From positions 1-32,684 of the forward strand of contig JAFVTI010000051.1 of the NCBI GenBank assembly GCA_017503325.1: a stretch of DNA of 32,684 nt, read 5' to 3'. The notes beneath the pieces are model-generated. The model was not told where the DNA came from. It did not search any database and saw nothing but the letters and a program-made list of their open reading frames with translations. Below are positions 1 to 7,946 of the stretch, piece after piece. Origin of the DNA: Clostridia bacterium (GTDB taxonomy: Bacteria; Bacillota; Clostridia; Oscillospirales; CAG-272). Position numbers and translations under genes: made by a program. Each line of letters starts with the position of its first letter. Position 1 is the stretch's first letter.

Positions 1-798
1 GCATTCGGTGAGAGTGTATTGACGATCATGCCCTCCCTCAAAACCGAGAAATGGCAGCTCGTGCATTCCGATATGACCACCTCACTTGAGCACAAGCCAA
101 CAATGCCGCTGACCACGCTTCAAAAGCAATGGTTGAAAGCCATTTCGCTTGACCCGCGTGTAAAATTGTTCGGTGTGAAATTTCCCGATCTTGAGGATGT
201 AGAACCTCTTTTCACCTCTGCGGATTATCACGTCTACGATAAATACGGCGACGGAGATCCCTTTGAGGATGAAGAATACATAAGACAATTCCGAATCATT
301 TTAGAGGCGATACGAAAAGATTCTCAGATCAAGTTCGAAATGGTCAACCGCAAGGGCAACACCATGTTTGTCAGATGCCGCCCCGTAAGACTCGAATATT
401 CCGAAAAGGATGACAAGTTCAGATTGATCACTGCGGGATGGCGCGCCGTTTCAACCGTCAACCTTGCCAAGATCAGATCTTGCGCACATTACACCGGAGA
501 AAGACAATCCGTTGGCGAGGAAAAAGCGGTGATTTACGACACGATCACCGTAAAGATTCGCGACGAGCGAAATGCAATGGAACGATTTATGCTCCATTTT
601 GCTCATTTTGAAAAGCAAGCCGAGAAGCTTGACCGAAAGAATTATCTCGTGAAAATCAAATATGCTCACGATGACGAACCTGAAATGGTGATCAGAATCC
701 TTTCCTTCGGACCAATGGTAGAGGTCATTGGCTCGGAATCTTTCAAACAATTGATCATCGAAAAGCTGAAAAAACAGTTAAACTGTGGGTTAAAATAG
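1..798 (+). CDS. WYL/WCX-like domain transcriptional regulator, 5'-partial. The reading frame is open to the window edge, and the N-terminal HTH is presumably off-window.
   Basis: ORF 19..798 with no upstream in-frame stop. A central beta-rich segment and a C-terminal helical tail (…ILSFGPMVEVIGSESFKQLIIEKLKKQ) resemble the WYL plus WCX domains of PafBC/DriD-like regulators. It is followed by an intrinsic terminator. The family call is by eye only. Confidence 0.4.
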   Translation, partial: AFGESVLTIMPSLKTEKWQLVHSDMTTSLEHKPTMPLTTLQKQWLKAISLDPRVKLFGVKFPDLEDVEPLFTSADYHVYDKYGDGDPFEDEEYIRQFRIILEAIRKDSQIKFEMVNRKGNTMFVRCRPVRLEYSEKDDKFRLITAGWRAVSTVNLAKIRSCAHYTGERQSVGEEKAVIYDTITVKIRDERNAMERFMLHFAHFEKQAEKLDRKNYLVKIKYAHDDEPEMVIRILSFGPMVEVIGSESFKQLIIEKLKKQLNCGLK

Positions 799-799
799 C

Positions 800-836
800 G
801 AAAAAGCTCTCATTCGAGGGCTTTTTTGTTATTTTC
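800..836 (+). terminator. Rho-independent terminator of the WYL-like gene
   Basis: Hairpin AAAAGCTCTCattcGAGGGCTTTTTTG immediately after the stop codon. Confidence 0.6.
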
Positions 837-976
837 GCAGCTTTTTTTCCGTGAAAAACGGTGACCGGAATGGTAAAATATGCTTGCAAGGTTACTTCAA
901 GCCGGTGTTTGAGTCAATCCTTCACAGCGGTGCACGAGGATGTTCCAAAGTGTATGCCAGAAGAATTCTTGCTCCT

Positions 977-1023
977 TGAGCCTGTCAAGCTCGATATTCG
1001 CGGGTTCGAATCCCGCCGTGCGT
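977..1023 (+). pseudogene. tRNA-Asp(GUC)-like 3' fragment: anticodon arm, T arm and 3' acceptor strand, with no 5' half
   Basis: TGAGC-CTGTCAA-GCTCG anticodon stem-loop with U33 and anticodon GUC. The T arm GCGGG-TTCGAAT-CCCGC plus CGTGCGT is nearly identical to the tRNA-Asp 3' end (…GCGGGTTCGAGTCCCG…). Upstream sequence cannot form a D arm or a 5' acceptor strand. Confidence 0.5.
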
Positions 1024-1338
1024 TGCAAAACGTATCGCCAGTGGATTGGTTTTGTCCTTCGGGACGCAAAAAGAACGGTACACACAAGCCCAGCTTGATC
1101 GTGTGCGAGAACGTTTTTATTCTGACATTCGTTATCATTCGGCAAAGCGAGAGTGCTTCGGTACGCCTCGCAGAGCAATGCAAAAGCAAGCCTTGCCTGA
1201 GAATGGATACCGTGTTATCCCAAACAGTGCCAAAAGATTTCTTTCCGCACTGTGCAGGAGGCACTCAAATTTTCAGCCGCTGCTTTTGCATGAATGGTAA
1301 CGAGGCGACTTTACTACCTTTAAGGAGGATTACATATT

Positions 1339-2442
1339 ATGAAAAAGATGATTATCAATGAAAACCAAAAGGGTTTTCTCTTCAAAAACGGAAAGTATAT
1401 CAAATTGCTCGGTGCAGGCAAATATCACCTGTTTGGTGGCAAGGAGATTGAGATTTCCAATTTGGAACAGCCTATCGTGTGCAGCAAGTGCGCTCTTGAA
1501 ACGCTGCTTGCAGACAAAGCAATCGCCGACCGTGTGGCAGTAGTTGAGGTAGGCGACGAGGAACTTGCTCTCCACTATGTGAACGGTAAGTTTTCCTCTG
1601 TACTTCGTCACGGCAAATATGCTTTTTGGTCTGTCGTAGATCAGCATGAATTCAAAATCGTAGACATTTCAACTCCTACAGTTGACGAATCCATTCCCGA
1701 GTACATCTTCTCAAAGATTCCTCAGATCTACTACACCAAAATAGAGGTTGCTGAATATCAGAAGGCAAGACTCTACTTCAATCAGAAGCTTGAGCGCATT
1801 TTGGATGCAGGCACTTACTACTTCTGGAAAACTCCCATTAAAGTAGATGTAGGCTTTGTTGATACCCGTTTGACACAAATGGATATCACGGGTCAGGAGA
1901 TCCTTACTGCAGATAAGGTTTCTCTCCGCATCAATTTTGTCTGCAACTACCGCGTGACCGACTACGTCAAGATTCTGACCGAGATCGATGATTTCGCAGA
2001 GCAAATGCACGTGGCGGCACAGCTTGCCCTGCGCGAATACGTTGGCAAATACAAGCTGGATGAGATCCTTGAAAACAAGGATCAGATGTCCGAGTTTGTG
2101 TTCGCTAAACTGAAAGCCAAGGAAAATGAGCTGTTCGTAGAAATTACGGATGCAGGTGTCAAGGATATCATTCTTCCCGGCGAGATCCGCGAGATCATGA
2201 ACACCGTTCTTGTAGCAGAAAAGCGTGCGCAGGCAAACGTCATTACGCGCCGCGAGGAGGTTGCATCTACCCGTTCTTTGCTGAATACAGCAAAGCTGAT
2301 GGATGAAAACCAGACCCTTTACAAGCTCAAGGAGCTGGAATACGTTGAGCGCATTTGCGAGAACGTAGGCAACATCTCTCTGAATGGCAATGGCAACATT
2401 CTGGGTCAGCTAACAGCAATCTTAAACGGTAACAACGCCTAA
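1339..2442 (+). CDS. SPFH/Band-7 (stomatin/slipin-like) domain protein with an N-terminal extension of about 180 aa
   Basis: Strong RBS (AAGGAGG). The C-terminal half has the SPFH signature (…LRINFVCNYRVTDYVK…QLALREYVGKYKLDEIL…EIREIMNTVLVAEKRAQANVI…). Confidence 0.7.
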   Translation: MKKMIINENQKGFLFKNGKYIKLLGAGKYHLFGGKEIEISNLEQPIVCSKCALETLLADKAIADRVAVVEVGDEELALHYVNGKFSSVLRHGKYAFWSVVDQHEFKIVDISTPTVDESIPEYIFSKIPQIYYTKIEVAEYQKARLYFNQKLERILDAGTYYFWKTPIKVDVGFVDTRLTQMDITGQEILTADKVSLRINFVCNYRVTDYVKILTEIDDFAEQMHVAAQLALREYVGKYKLDEILENKDQMSEFVFAKLKAKENELFVEITDAGVKDIILPGEIREIMNTVLVAEKRAQANVITRREEVASTRSLLNTAKLMDENQTLYKLKELEYVERICENVGNISLNGNGNILGQLTAILNGNNA

Positions 2443-2513
2443 ATCCCTTTATGCGGTCGGGCGCGTTGTATACTACAATCAAGCTCGACCGCTTATTATG
2501 AAAGGAGATTAAC

Positions 2514-3722
2514 ATGATAGAGATCATAGGAAACTTTAACACCGCAAAGTGCTTCGCCTCCACTCTTGAGGACGGTGCGCGTGAGCAGATAAAGCAGGTG
2601 TGCGATACCGAGGCATTTTCGTCCTCGAAGATAAGAATTATGCCCGACGTTCACGCGGGCAAGGGTTGTACTATCGGTACGACTATGACCATCACCGACA
2701 AGATCGTTCCCTCGATGGTCGGTGTGGATATCGGTTGCGGAATGTACACCGTGTACCTTGGCAACATTGATATTGATTTTGAGAAGGTGGATGAGGCAGC
2801 TCACTTCATCCCATGCGGCAGAAACGTTTGGGAGGGTAGACAGGAGCGATTTGACCTCACACAGCTCCGTTGCTACAGATACCTCAAGGATTCCAAGCGT
2901 CTTGAGCGTTCGCTCGGTACTCTTGGCGGTGGTAACCACTTTATCGAGGTTGACGTAGACGAGAATGGCGGCAAGTACCTTGTCATTCACTCCGGCAGCC
3001 GCAACCTTGGAACACAGGTGGCGGAGTTCTATCAGCAGATCGCCGTTGACCTCAACGTGGGCAAGGAGGAGTATTTCAGACAGCGTGAGGAGATCATCCG
3101 CACCTATAAGGAGCAAGGTAGACGAACCGAGATTCAGGCAACGATCAAGGCGCTTGAGAAGGAGTTCAATGCCAAGGAGCCTACGCTCCCCCGTGACCTT
3201 TGCTTCCTCTACGATTCCTTTATGGAGGATTACCTCCACGACGTGGATATCTGTCAGAAGTTTGCAGAGAGAAACCGCGCGAAGATGGCGGAAATCATTC
3301 TTGAGCGTTGTGGCTGGACAGCTATCGAGACCTTCCAAACCATTCACAATTACATAGACGTGAATGAGATGATACTCCGTAAGGGTGCAGTCTCCGCCAA
3401 GGCTGGCGAGAAGCTTCTCATCCCCATCAATATGCGTGACGGCTCTCTCATCTGCATCGGTAAGGGCAACGAGGATTGGAACTGCTCTGCACCTCACGGT
3501 GCCGGTCGTCTTATGTCCCGTTCCGCCGCTTTTGAGAGACTTACCATGGCAGAGTACGAGCAGGAGATGGCAGGTATTTACTCCACCTGCGTCGTTCCCG
3601 ATACCCTTGACGAGTCGCCTATGGCTTATAAGAGTATGGATGAGATAGTCGAGAACATTGAGCCTACCGCTGAGATCGTCTGCAGAATCAAGCCTATTTA
3701 CAACTTCAAGGCGGCGGAGTAA
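2514..3722 (+). CDS. rtcB: RNA-splicing ligase RtcB (3'-phosphate/5'-OH RNA ligase)
   Basis: 402 aa; RBS GAAAGGAG. Hallmark RtcB metal-binding motifs are present: MPDVHAGKGCTIG, GGGNHFIEV and SAPHGAGR. Confidence 0.85.
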   Translation: MIEIIGNFNTAKCFASTLEDGAREQIKQVCDTEAFSSSKIRIMPDVHAGKGCTIGTTMTITDKIVPSMVGVDIGCGMYTVYLGNIDIDFEKVDEAAHFIPCGRNVWEGRQERFDLTQLRCYRYLKDSKRLERSLGTLGGGNHFIEVDVDENGGKYLVIHSGSRNLGTQVAEFYQQIAVDLNVGKEEYFRQREEIIRTYKEQGRRTEIQATIKALEKEFNAKEPTLPRDLCFLYDSFMEDYLHDVDICQKFAERNRAKMAEIILERCGWTAIETFQTIHNYIDVNEMILRKGAVSAKAGEKLLIPINMRDGSLICIGKGNEDWNCSAPHGAGRLMSRSAAFERLTMAEYEQEMAGIYSTCVVPDTLDESPMAYKSMDEIVENIEPTAEIVCRIKPIYNFKAAE

Positions 3723-3740
3723 CAAATATTAACAACTACA

Positions 3741-3770
3741 AAGGATGGTTCTCACGAGCCATCCTTTTCC
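3741..3770 (+). terminator. rtcB intrinsic terminator
   Basis: AAGGATGGttctcacgagCCATCCTTTTCC. Confidence 0.6.
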
Positions 3771-3850
3771 TCTGTCTGTAAGTCCATCTATTTTTTTGCC
3801 GCAAACGGCACTTTTATGATATGGAAACGTGTAGTCCTCTCCAAATCACA

Positions 3851-3862
3851 CTTTTTCGGGGG
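3851..3862. repeat. Candidate attL core (CTTTTTCGGGGG)
   Basis: Exact 12-mer shared with 12732-12743. It lies just outside the first cargo promoter. Confidence 0.4.
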
Positions 3863-3880
3863 AACTTTTTACTCTTCACC

Positions 3881-3929
3881 ACACTTTTATGGACGATCTT
3901 TTCGCCTTTGACTACACTTTTATGGACGA
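3881..3929. repeat. Two 16-bp direct repeats ACACTTTTATGGACGA (3881-3896 and 3914-3929), candidate arm-type integrase/Xis binding sites
   Basis: Exact 16-bp direct repeat with 33-bp spacing, just inside the predicted attL. The integrase has an N-terminal arm-binding-like domain. Confidence 0.4.
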
Positions 3930-4017
3930 ACTTGTATCACTTTCGGGGCGAGCAGGGAGTCTGTTTTACAAAAGCAATAAGACCGTTTTTCGTCTTTTGA
4001 GTCGAAATATACGCAAT

Positions 4018-4048
4018 AAACACGAAGAAAACACGAAAGAAACACGAA
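4018..4048. repeat. Three AAACACGAA repeats phased at 11 bp, directly upstream of the -35 element
   Basis: Copies at 4018-4026, 4029-4037 and 4040-4048. The period of one helical turn suggests a regulator or UP-like element. Confidence 0.4.
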
Positions 4049-4065
4049 ATATTTACGCACATCTA

Positions 4066-4094
4066 TTGATTTTTGGGTATAATTGTGGTATAAT
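4066..4094 (+). promoter_or_regulatory. Sigma-A-type promoter for the XRE-ATPase gene
   Basis: TTGATT - 17 bp - TATAAT, then RBS GAGGTG and ATG at 4113. Confidence 0.5.
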
Positions 4095-4112
4095 AACATC
4101 GAGGTGATGATA

Positions 4113-5840
4113 ATGACTTTGAAAGATTTAAGAATAGCCAAAGGGTTAAGCCAAGTCGAATGTGCTGAATACCTTGGTATGTCGGTAAGAAATTATCAAA
4201 ATTACGAAAGCGGCAAGAACAAATCAACTACCGCCAAATACAATGCGATATATCAAAAGCTTGAAGATTATGGTACGGGTGTGGCTAAGCCTGCTGTCGC
4301 TTCTATATCCAACGATTTTCATACTAACGTTGTTACAGGTGCAGGGCTTCATGATCTTGTGCGCGGAGTAGCGAAATATCAAAAGCGTGACTGCTTTGCT
4401 TTGTTACAGAGATTTGTTACGACTCCGCTTGACGGAAAAATCGGTACACTTTACGGTCTGCGCCGAACGGGTAAAACAACGCTTTTGTTCCAAATGATCA
4501 GCGAACTTCCGGTAGAAAAGACCGCATATATAAAAATCAAGACTTCCGATAATATGTCTATGCTGACCAAGGATCTACGCGCGCTTTATGATAAGGGCTG
4601 CAAATACGTATTCATCGATGAAGTAACACTGATGGATGACTTCATAGGAACATCCGCTCTGCTCTCGGATTTGTTTGCGACGATGGGGATGAAAATCGTG
4701 GTATCCGGAACAGACTCTCTTGGATTTGCTATGGCGAACCGAGACGAGCTGTACGACAGAAATATCATGATCCACACATCCTTCATTTCTTTCAGGGAAT
4801 ATGCGAGATTGCTCGGCATCGACTCGGTTGACAAATATATTGAGTACGGCGGCACCTTGAAGATGGAAAATATGGACTTCGATGATCCCGATTCCACCTT
4901 TGATGACGTATCCTTCCGCGATGATGAAAGCACGAGAAAATACATTGATACCGCTATCAGCCGTAACATTCAGCACTCTCTGAAAAATGACAGCTTTGGC
5001 GAATATTTCAACCAATTGCGCGAGCTTTATGAAAAAGGCGAGTTGACAAACGTAATCAACCGAATCGTACAGAATATGAATCACCGGTTTCTTCTCAGCG
5101 TTATTCGAGAGAAATTTAAGTCCTCCGACTTTGGCTCCGCGAGAAATCTGCTCTTGCACGATCTTCCTCACGAAAGAGCGCATGTTCTCTACGATGTAAA
5201 TGAACAAGAAATCCTTGAACGCTTAAAGACGATTATTGAGGTCAAGGAAAGAAATGAAACCGCAATTGAGGTTACGGAAGATCATATTGAAAAGATCAAA
5301 AAGTATCTGTTTATGCTCGACCTTCTCGTGGATTGCACCGAGCGTTACGAGCATCGCGGTCAATCCAATTACACGTTGTTTGCGCAGCCCGGTATGCGCT
5401 ATGCAATTGCCAAGGCACTCGTTTATGCTCTCGCACAGGATGAATACTTTGCAACGCGCCCTGAAAGTGAAAAAGCATATATCATAGATAAAATTCTCTA
5501 TGACGTAAAAGGCAGAATGCTTGAAGATATCGTGCTCCTTGAAACGAGCAAGGCATGTCCCCGTGGCAGAGAGGCATTTAGATTCAAGTTTGAAGAAGGC
5601 GGCGAATATGATATGGTCGTTTGCAATGAGAACGGCGGCGATTGCTGTGTTTATGAAATCAAGCACAGCGATAAGAACGTAGAGCAACAGACGAGATATT
5701 TGCGCGATGAAAACAAAATTGCACTTGTTGCACACAGGTTCGGTAAGATCATAGGTAAGTATGTGATTTATCGCGGTGCGACTCAGGATGTGGGTGATAT
5801 TCACTACGTAAATGTTGAGGAATATTTGAAAAGCTTGTAA
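4113..5840 (+). CDS. XRE-family HTH fused to an AAA+ ATPase (AAA_14-like) and a C-terminal DUF4143 / PD-(D/E)xK nuclease-like domain
   Basis: N-terminal HTH (LSQVECAEYLGMSVRNYQNYESG). Walker A GLRRTGKTTLL and Walker B VFIDEV. C-terminal D…E-x-K motif (YDMVVCNENGGDCCVYEIKHSDK). Start set at the RBS-supported ATG 4113 rather than the ORF-track start 4083. Confidence 0.65.
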   Translation: MTLKDLRIAKGLSQVECAEYLGMSVRNYQNYESGKNKSTTAKYNAIYQKLEDYGTGVAKPAVASISNDFHTNVVTGAGLHDLVRGVAKYQKRDCFALLQRFVTTPLDGKIGTLYGLRRTGKTTLLFQMISELPVEKTAYIKIKTSDNMSMLTKDLRALYDKGCKYVFIDEVTLMDDFIGTSALLSDLFATMGMKIVVSGTDSLGFAMANRDELYDRNIMIHTSFISFREYARLLGIDSVDKYIEYGGTLKMENMDFDDPDSTFDDVSFRDDESTRKYIDTAISRNIQHSLKNDSFGEYFNQLRELYEKGELTNVINRIVQNMNHRFLLSVIREKFKSSDFGSARNLLLHDLPHERAHVLYDVNEQEILERLKTIIEVKERNETAIEVTEDHIEKIKKYLFMLDLLVDCTERYEHRGQSNYTLFAQPGMRYAIAKALVYALAQDEYFATRPESEKAYIIDKILYDVKGRMLEDIVLLETSKACPRGREAFRFKFEEGGEYDMVVCNENGGDCCVYEIKHSDKNVEQQTRYLRDENKIALVAHRFGKIIGKYVIYRGATQDVGDIHYVNVEEYLKSL

Positions 5841-5993
5841 AATCAGTGGTCTAAATTGGACCGCTGAAACCAAAGGGGCAAAATGACCCGATGAAATCAA
5901 AGGCTCAAAGTGAGCCTTTGGTCTGGTTGAAAACCAACCAGACCACTTCGTGCCAAGATGGCGCGAGGTTACAAACTTTATCGCAAGTTGCGA

Positions 5994-6030
5994 CGAGGTG
6001 GCACTCAAAAATGCCACCTCGTAATTTTTT
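5994..6030 (+). terminator. Intrinsic terminator after the XRE-ATPase gene
   Basis: CGAGGTGGCActcaaaaaTGCCACCTCG followed by TAATTTTTT. It is preceded by two further perfect 10-bp hairpins at 5898-5944. Confidence 0.6.
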
Positions 6031-6041
6031 CGAAAAAACTA

Positions 6042-6070
6042 TTGACAAAATCCGACCTCTGTGTTATACT
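6042..6070 (+). promoter_or_regulatory. Consensus sigma-A promoter of the LexA-like repressor operon
   Basis: TTGACA - 17 bp - TG-n-TATACT (extended -10). Confidence 0.6.
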
Positions 6071-6076
6071 TTTATA

Positions 6077-6095
6077 AAAGAAGTTCAAGTTCTTT
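6077..6095. promoter_or_regulatory. Palindromic candidate operator AAAGAA-gttcaag-TTCTTT at the +1 region
   Basis: Perfect 6-bp inverted arms immediately downstream of the -10, upstream of the repressor gene. Confidence 0.4.
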
Positions 6096-6125
6096 TATGA
6101 TTGATTGAAATTTGTGAGGCGTTTA

Positions 6126-6739
6126 TGAAGCGGATGAATGAAGAAAAACTGAATCAAATGGCGGAGTTCATTCACCGCTACGTAAGGGAGAACAACGGCG
6201 AATCGCCCAAGTTCAAGGACATCCTTGAGTACATGGAGATGAGCAATTCCGTTGGCTACCGCTATCTGACCACCCTTCGAGACCGTGGCATTGTCAAGTA
6301 CAACGGCAAGGACACGCTTTCCGTTAGAGGGCAGGATGCTATGAAGGTTGCCTTTCGTCGTCTTATGATTTGCGGTAGCATTCCTTGTGGTTCTCCGGAA
6401 GATTACCGACAGGAGATACAAGGTTACGTTGCCATTCCCGAGGAATGGATCGATGGCGATTGCTACCTGCTTCGCACGTCGGGAGATTCAATGATTGATA
6501 TTGGTATTGACGAAGGCGATCTCGTCCTCATTAAACGCGCTCAGGAGGCTTATGACGGGCAAGTGGTTGCCGTGCTCACAGATGATGGCACGACGCTTAA
6601 ACGCTTTATGAAACGCGAAAATGGGCGTCCCTGGTTGCTTGCCGAGAACAAGAGCTACCCCAAGGAGAAACGCGAGCTGAAGCCGAGCAAAATTGAGATA
6701 CAAGGCATTGCCCTGAAGGTAATCAAAGACATAAAGTGA
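6126..6739 (+). CDS. LexA/CI-like autocleaving repressor: N-terminal wHTH plus C-terminal S24 peptidase
   Basis: N-terminus resembles the LexA DNA-binding domain. Catalytic Ser (GDSM) and Lys (TLKRF) are present, with a Cys-Gly/Ala-Gly-like cleavage region. Start at ATG 6126 has RBS GTGAGG; the ORF track begins at 6101. Confidence 0.7.
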
Positions 6740-6740
6740 G

Positions 6741-6989
6741 GTGATTCTATTGCGTAAGGCTACACAAGATAAGATACCGATTGCAAGGTGTGCGAACCCG
6801 GAGTGTGGTTGTTCTATTCTCTATAGCAACAATCCGCGTGAAAAACGCAACGTAACCGTGCGCATGGCTGAGCCGAACTACACGGGTCCAACATTTATGT
6901 GTCCTCGTTGCAAGAAGATGCTTGTAGTGATTGAGAAACCGAAGGTTGCGACTGGGTATGTTGCAGTGCCGATTATGGCATTTAAATAA
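6741..6989 (+). CDS. Small zinc-ribbon protein (two CxxC pairs), function unknown. The start may be TTG at 6750.
   Basis: CANPECGC … CPRCKK. It is overlapped by or coupled to the stop of the upstream repressor gene. Confidence 0.45.
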   Translation: MILLRKATQDKIPIARCANPECGCSILYSNNPREKRNVTVRMAEPNYTGPTFMCPRCKKMLVVIEKPKVATGYVAVPIMAFK

Positions 6990-7001
6990 GGAGAAATCAA
7001 T

Positions 7002-7403
7002 ATGATTAAAAAAATGCCTACACATTGTGGGGATGATACCTGTTCCTCTTGTGTTGTTGCTGGGGATTATATCTTTTTGGCACATCACGGAGGCGGGCAA
7101 GAAGTGGATGATATTGTTCATCAAGTGAGAGCAACCATTGAAAGTATAGCACACACATTGTCAACGGTTGATGCGTCTCTCGATGATATTGTACAATTGA
7201 ATTTCTACATAAAAAATATTGCAGATTTTAGGAAAGGTGCAGATGTATTTAGAGAATACTTCAAAAATGGTGCACCTGCAAGAATGACAATAGTTACTGA
7301 TTTTGTTGGTTCAAATTGTCTATGTCAAATTGATGGTATAGCATACAAATCACAAGCAAAATTTATTAAAACAACTGAAAGTGAGCCATCCTCCCGGCTG
7401 TGA
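7002..7403 (+). CDS. RidA/YjgF/TdcF-family (reactive enamine/imine deaminase-like) protein
   Basis: RBS AAGGAGAA. Family-typical C-terminus (…ARMTIVTDFV…CQIDGIAY…). The gene is markedly AT-rich relative to its neighbours. Confidence 0.6.
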   Translation: MIKKMPTHCGDDTCSSCVVAGDYIFLAHHGGGQEVDDIVHQVRATIESIAHTLSTVDASLDDIVQLNFYIKNIADFRKGADVFREYFKNGAPARMTIVTDFVGSNCLCQIDGIAYKSQAKFIKTTESEPSSRL

Positions 7404-7417
7404 AATCGGGAGACAAG

Positions 7418-7480
7418 GGTGAGTATCAGATTTATCACAGAGCAAAGCTCTGTCTTATTCTGATGCTCACCTTTTTATTT
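7418..7480 (+). terminator. Intrinsic terminator after the RidA-like gene
   Basis: GGTGAGTATCAG…CTGATGCTCACC stem with a T tract (CTTTTTATTTT). Confidence 0.6.
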
Positions 7481-7649
7481 TGAAAACACACGCCGTTTGG
7501 CGGTGTTTATATAAACGCTGCGGACAAGTTTCATTTGCGAAATCCGCAGTTCGCTGACATAGACCTTCTCCGTGCCTTGCGATGCGGCCGGAAGGGTGCG
7601 GGAGCAATGCGCGAAATGGCGAGACGCGCACCCGCGAAACGGTTACGCC

Positions 7650-7670
7650 TTCTTTACATACTGTAAAGAA
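7650..7670. promoter_or_regulatory. Perfect palindrome TTCTTTACA-tac-TGTAAAGAA overlapping the RBS of the xis-like gene
   Basis: 9-bp inverted arms. The right arm runs into AAAGGAGAA 8 nt before ATG 7684. Confidence 0.4.
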
Positions 7671-7683
7671 AGGAGAATCGTGT

Positions 7684-7902
7684 ATGACAGAAAAGACAAC
7701 TGTTTACGAACAGATGATGTTCACGGATTATCCCGACATCGTCGGCATCTGTGATCTGCAAAAAATGCTGGGCATCGGGCGCAAAGCGGCTCTTGAACTT
7801 GCCAAGCATCCGCAGATCCACGGCGTAATCGTGGGAAACCGATTCAGGATTCCCAAAATCAACGTCATTCGCTATATGCTGTGTGACGCTGATGCATCGT
7901 AA
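7684..7902 (+). CDS. Small HTH DNA-binding protein (excisionase/Xis-like)
   Basis: 72 aa with an HTH (…ICDLQKMLGIGRKAALELAK…RFRIPK). Position upstream of repA/mob matches Tn916/IME-type Xis genes. The upstream part of ORF 7582..7902 is rejected. Confidence 0.5.
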   Translation: MTEKTTVYEQMMFTDYPDIVGICDLQKMLGIGRKAALELAKHPQIHGVIVGNRFRIPKINVIRYMLCDADAS

Positions 7903-7946
7903 ATCCAAAAAAGAAAGGACGTGAGGAACAGAAAGGAATGATGTAA

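Noticed and set aside
950-1025. A complete tRNA-Asp gene
   Set aside because: Only the anticodon arm, T arm and 3' acceptor strand fold. The upstream 30 nt cannot form a D arm or a complementary 5' acceptor strand, so it is called a fragment or pseudogene.
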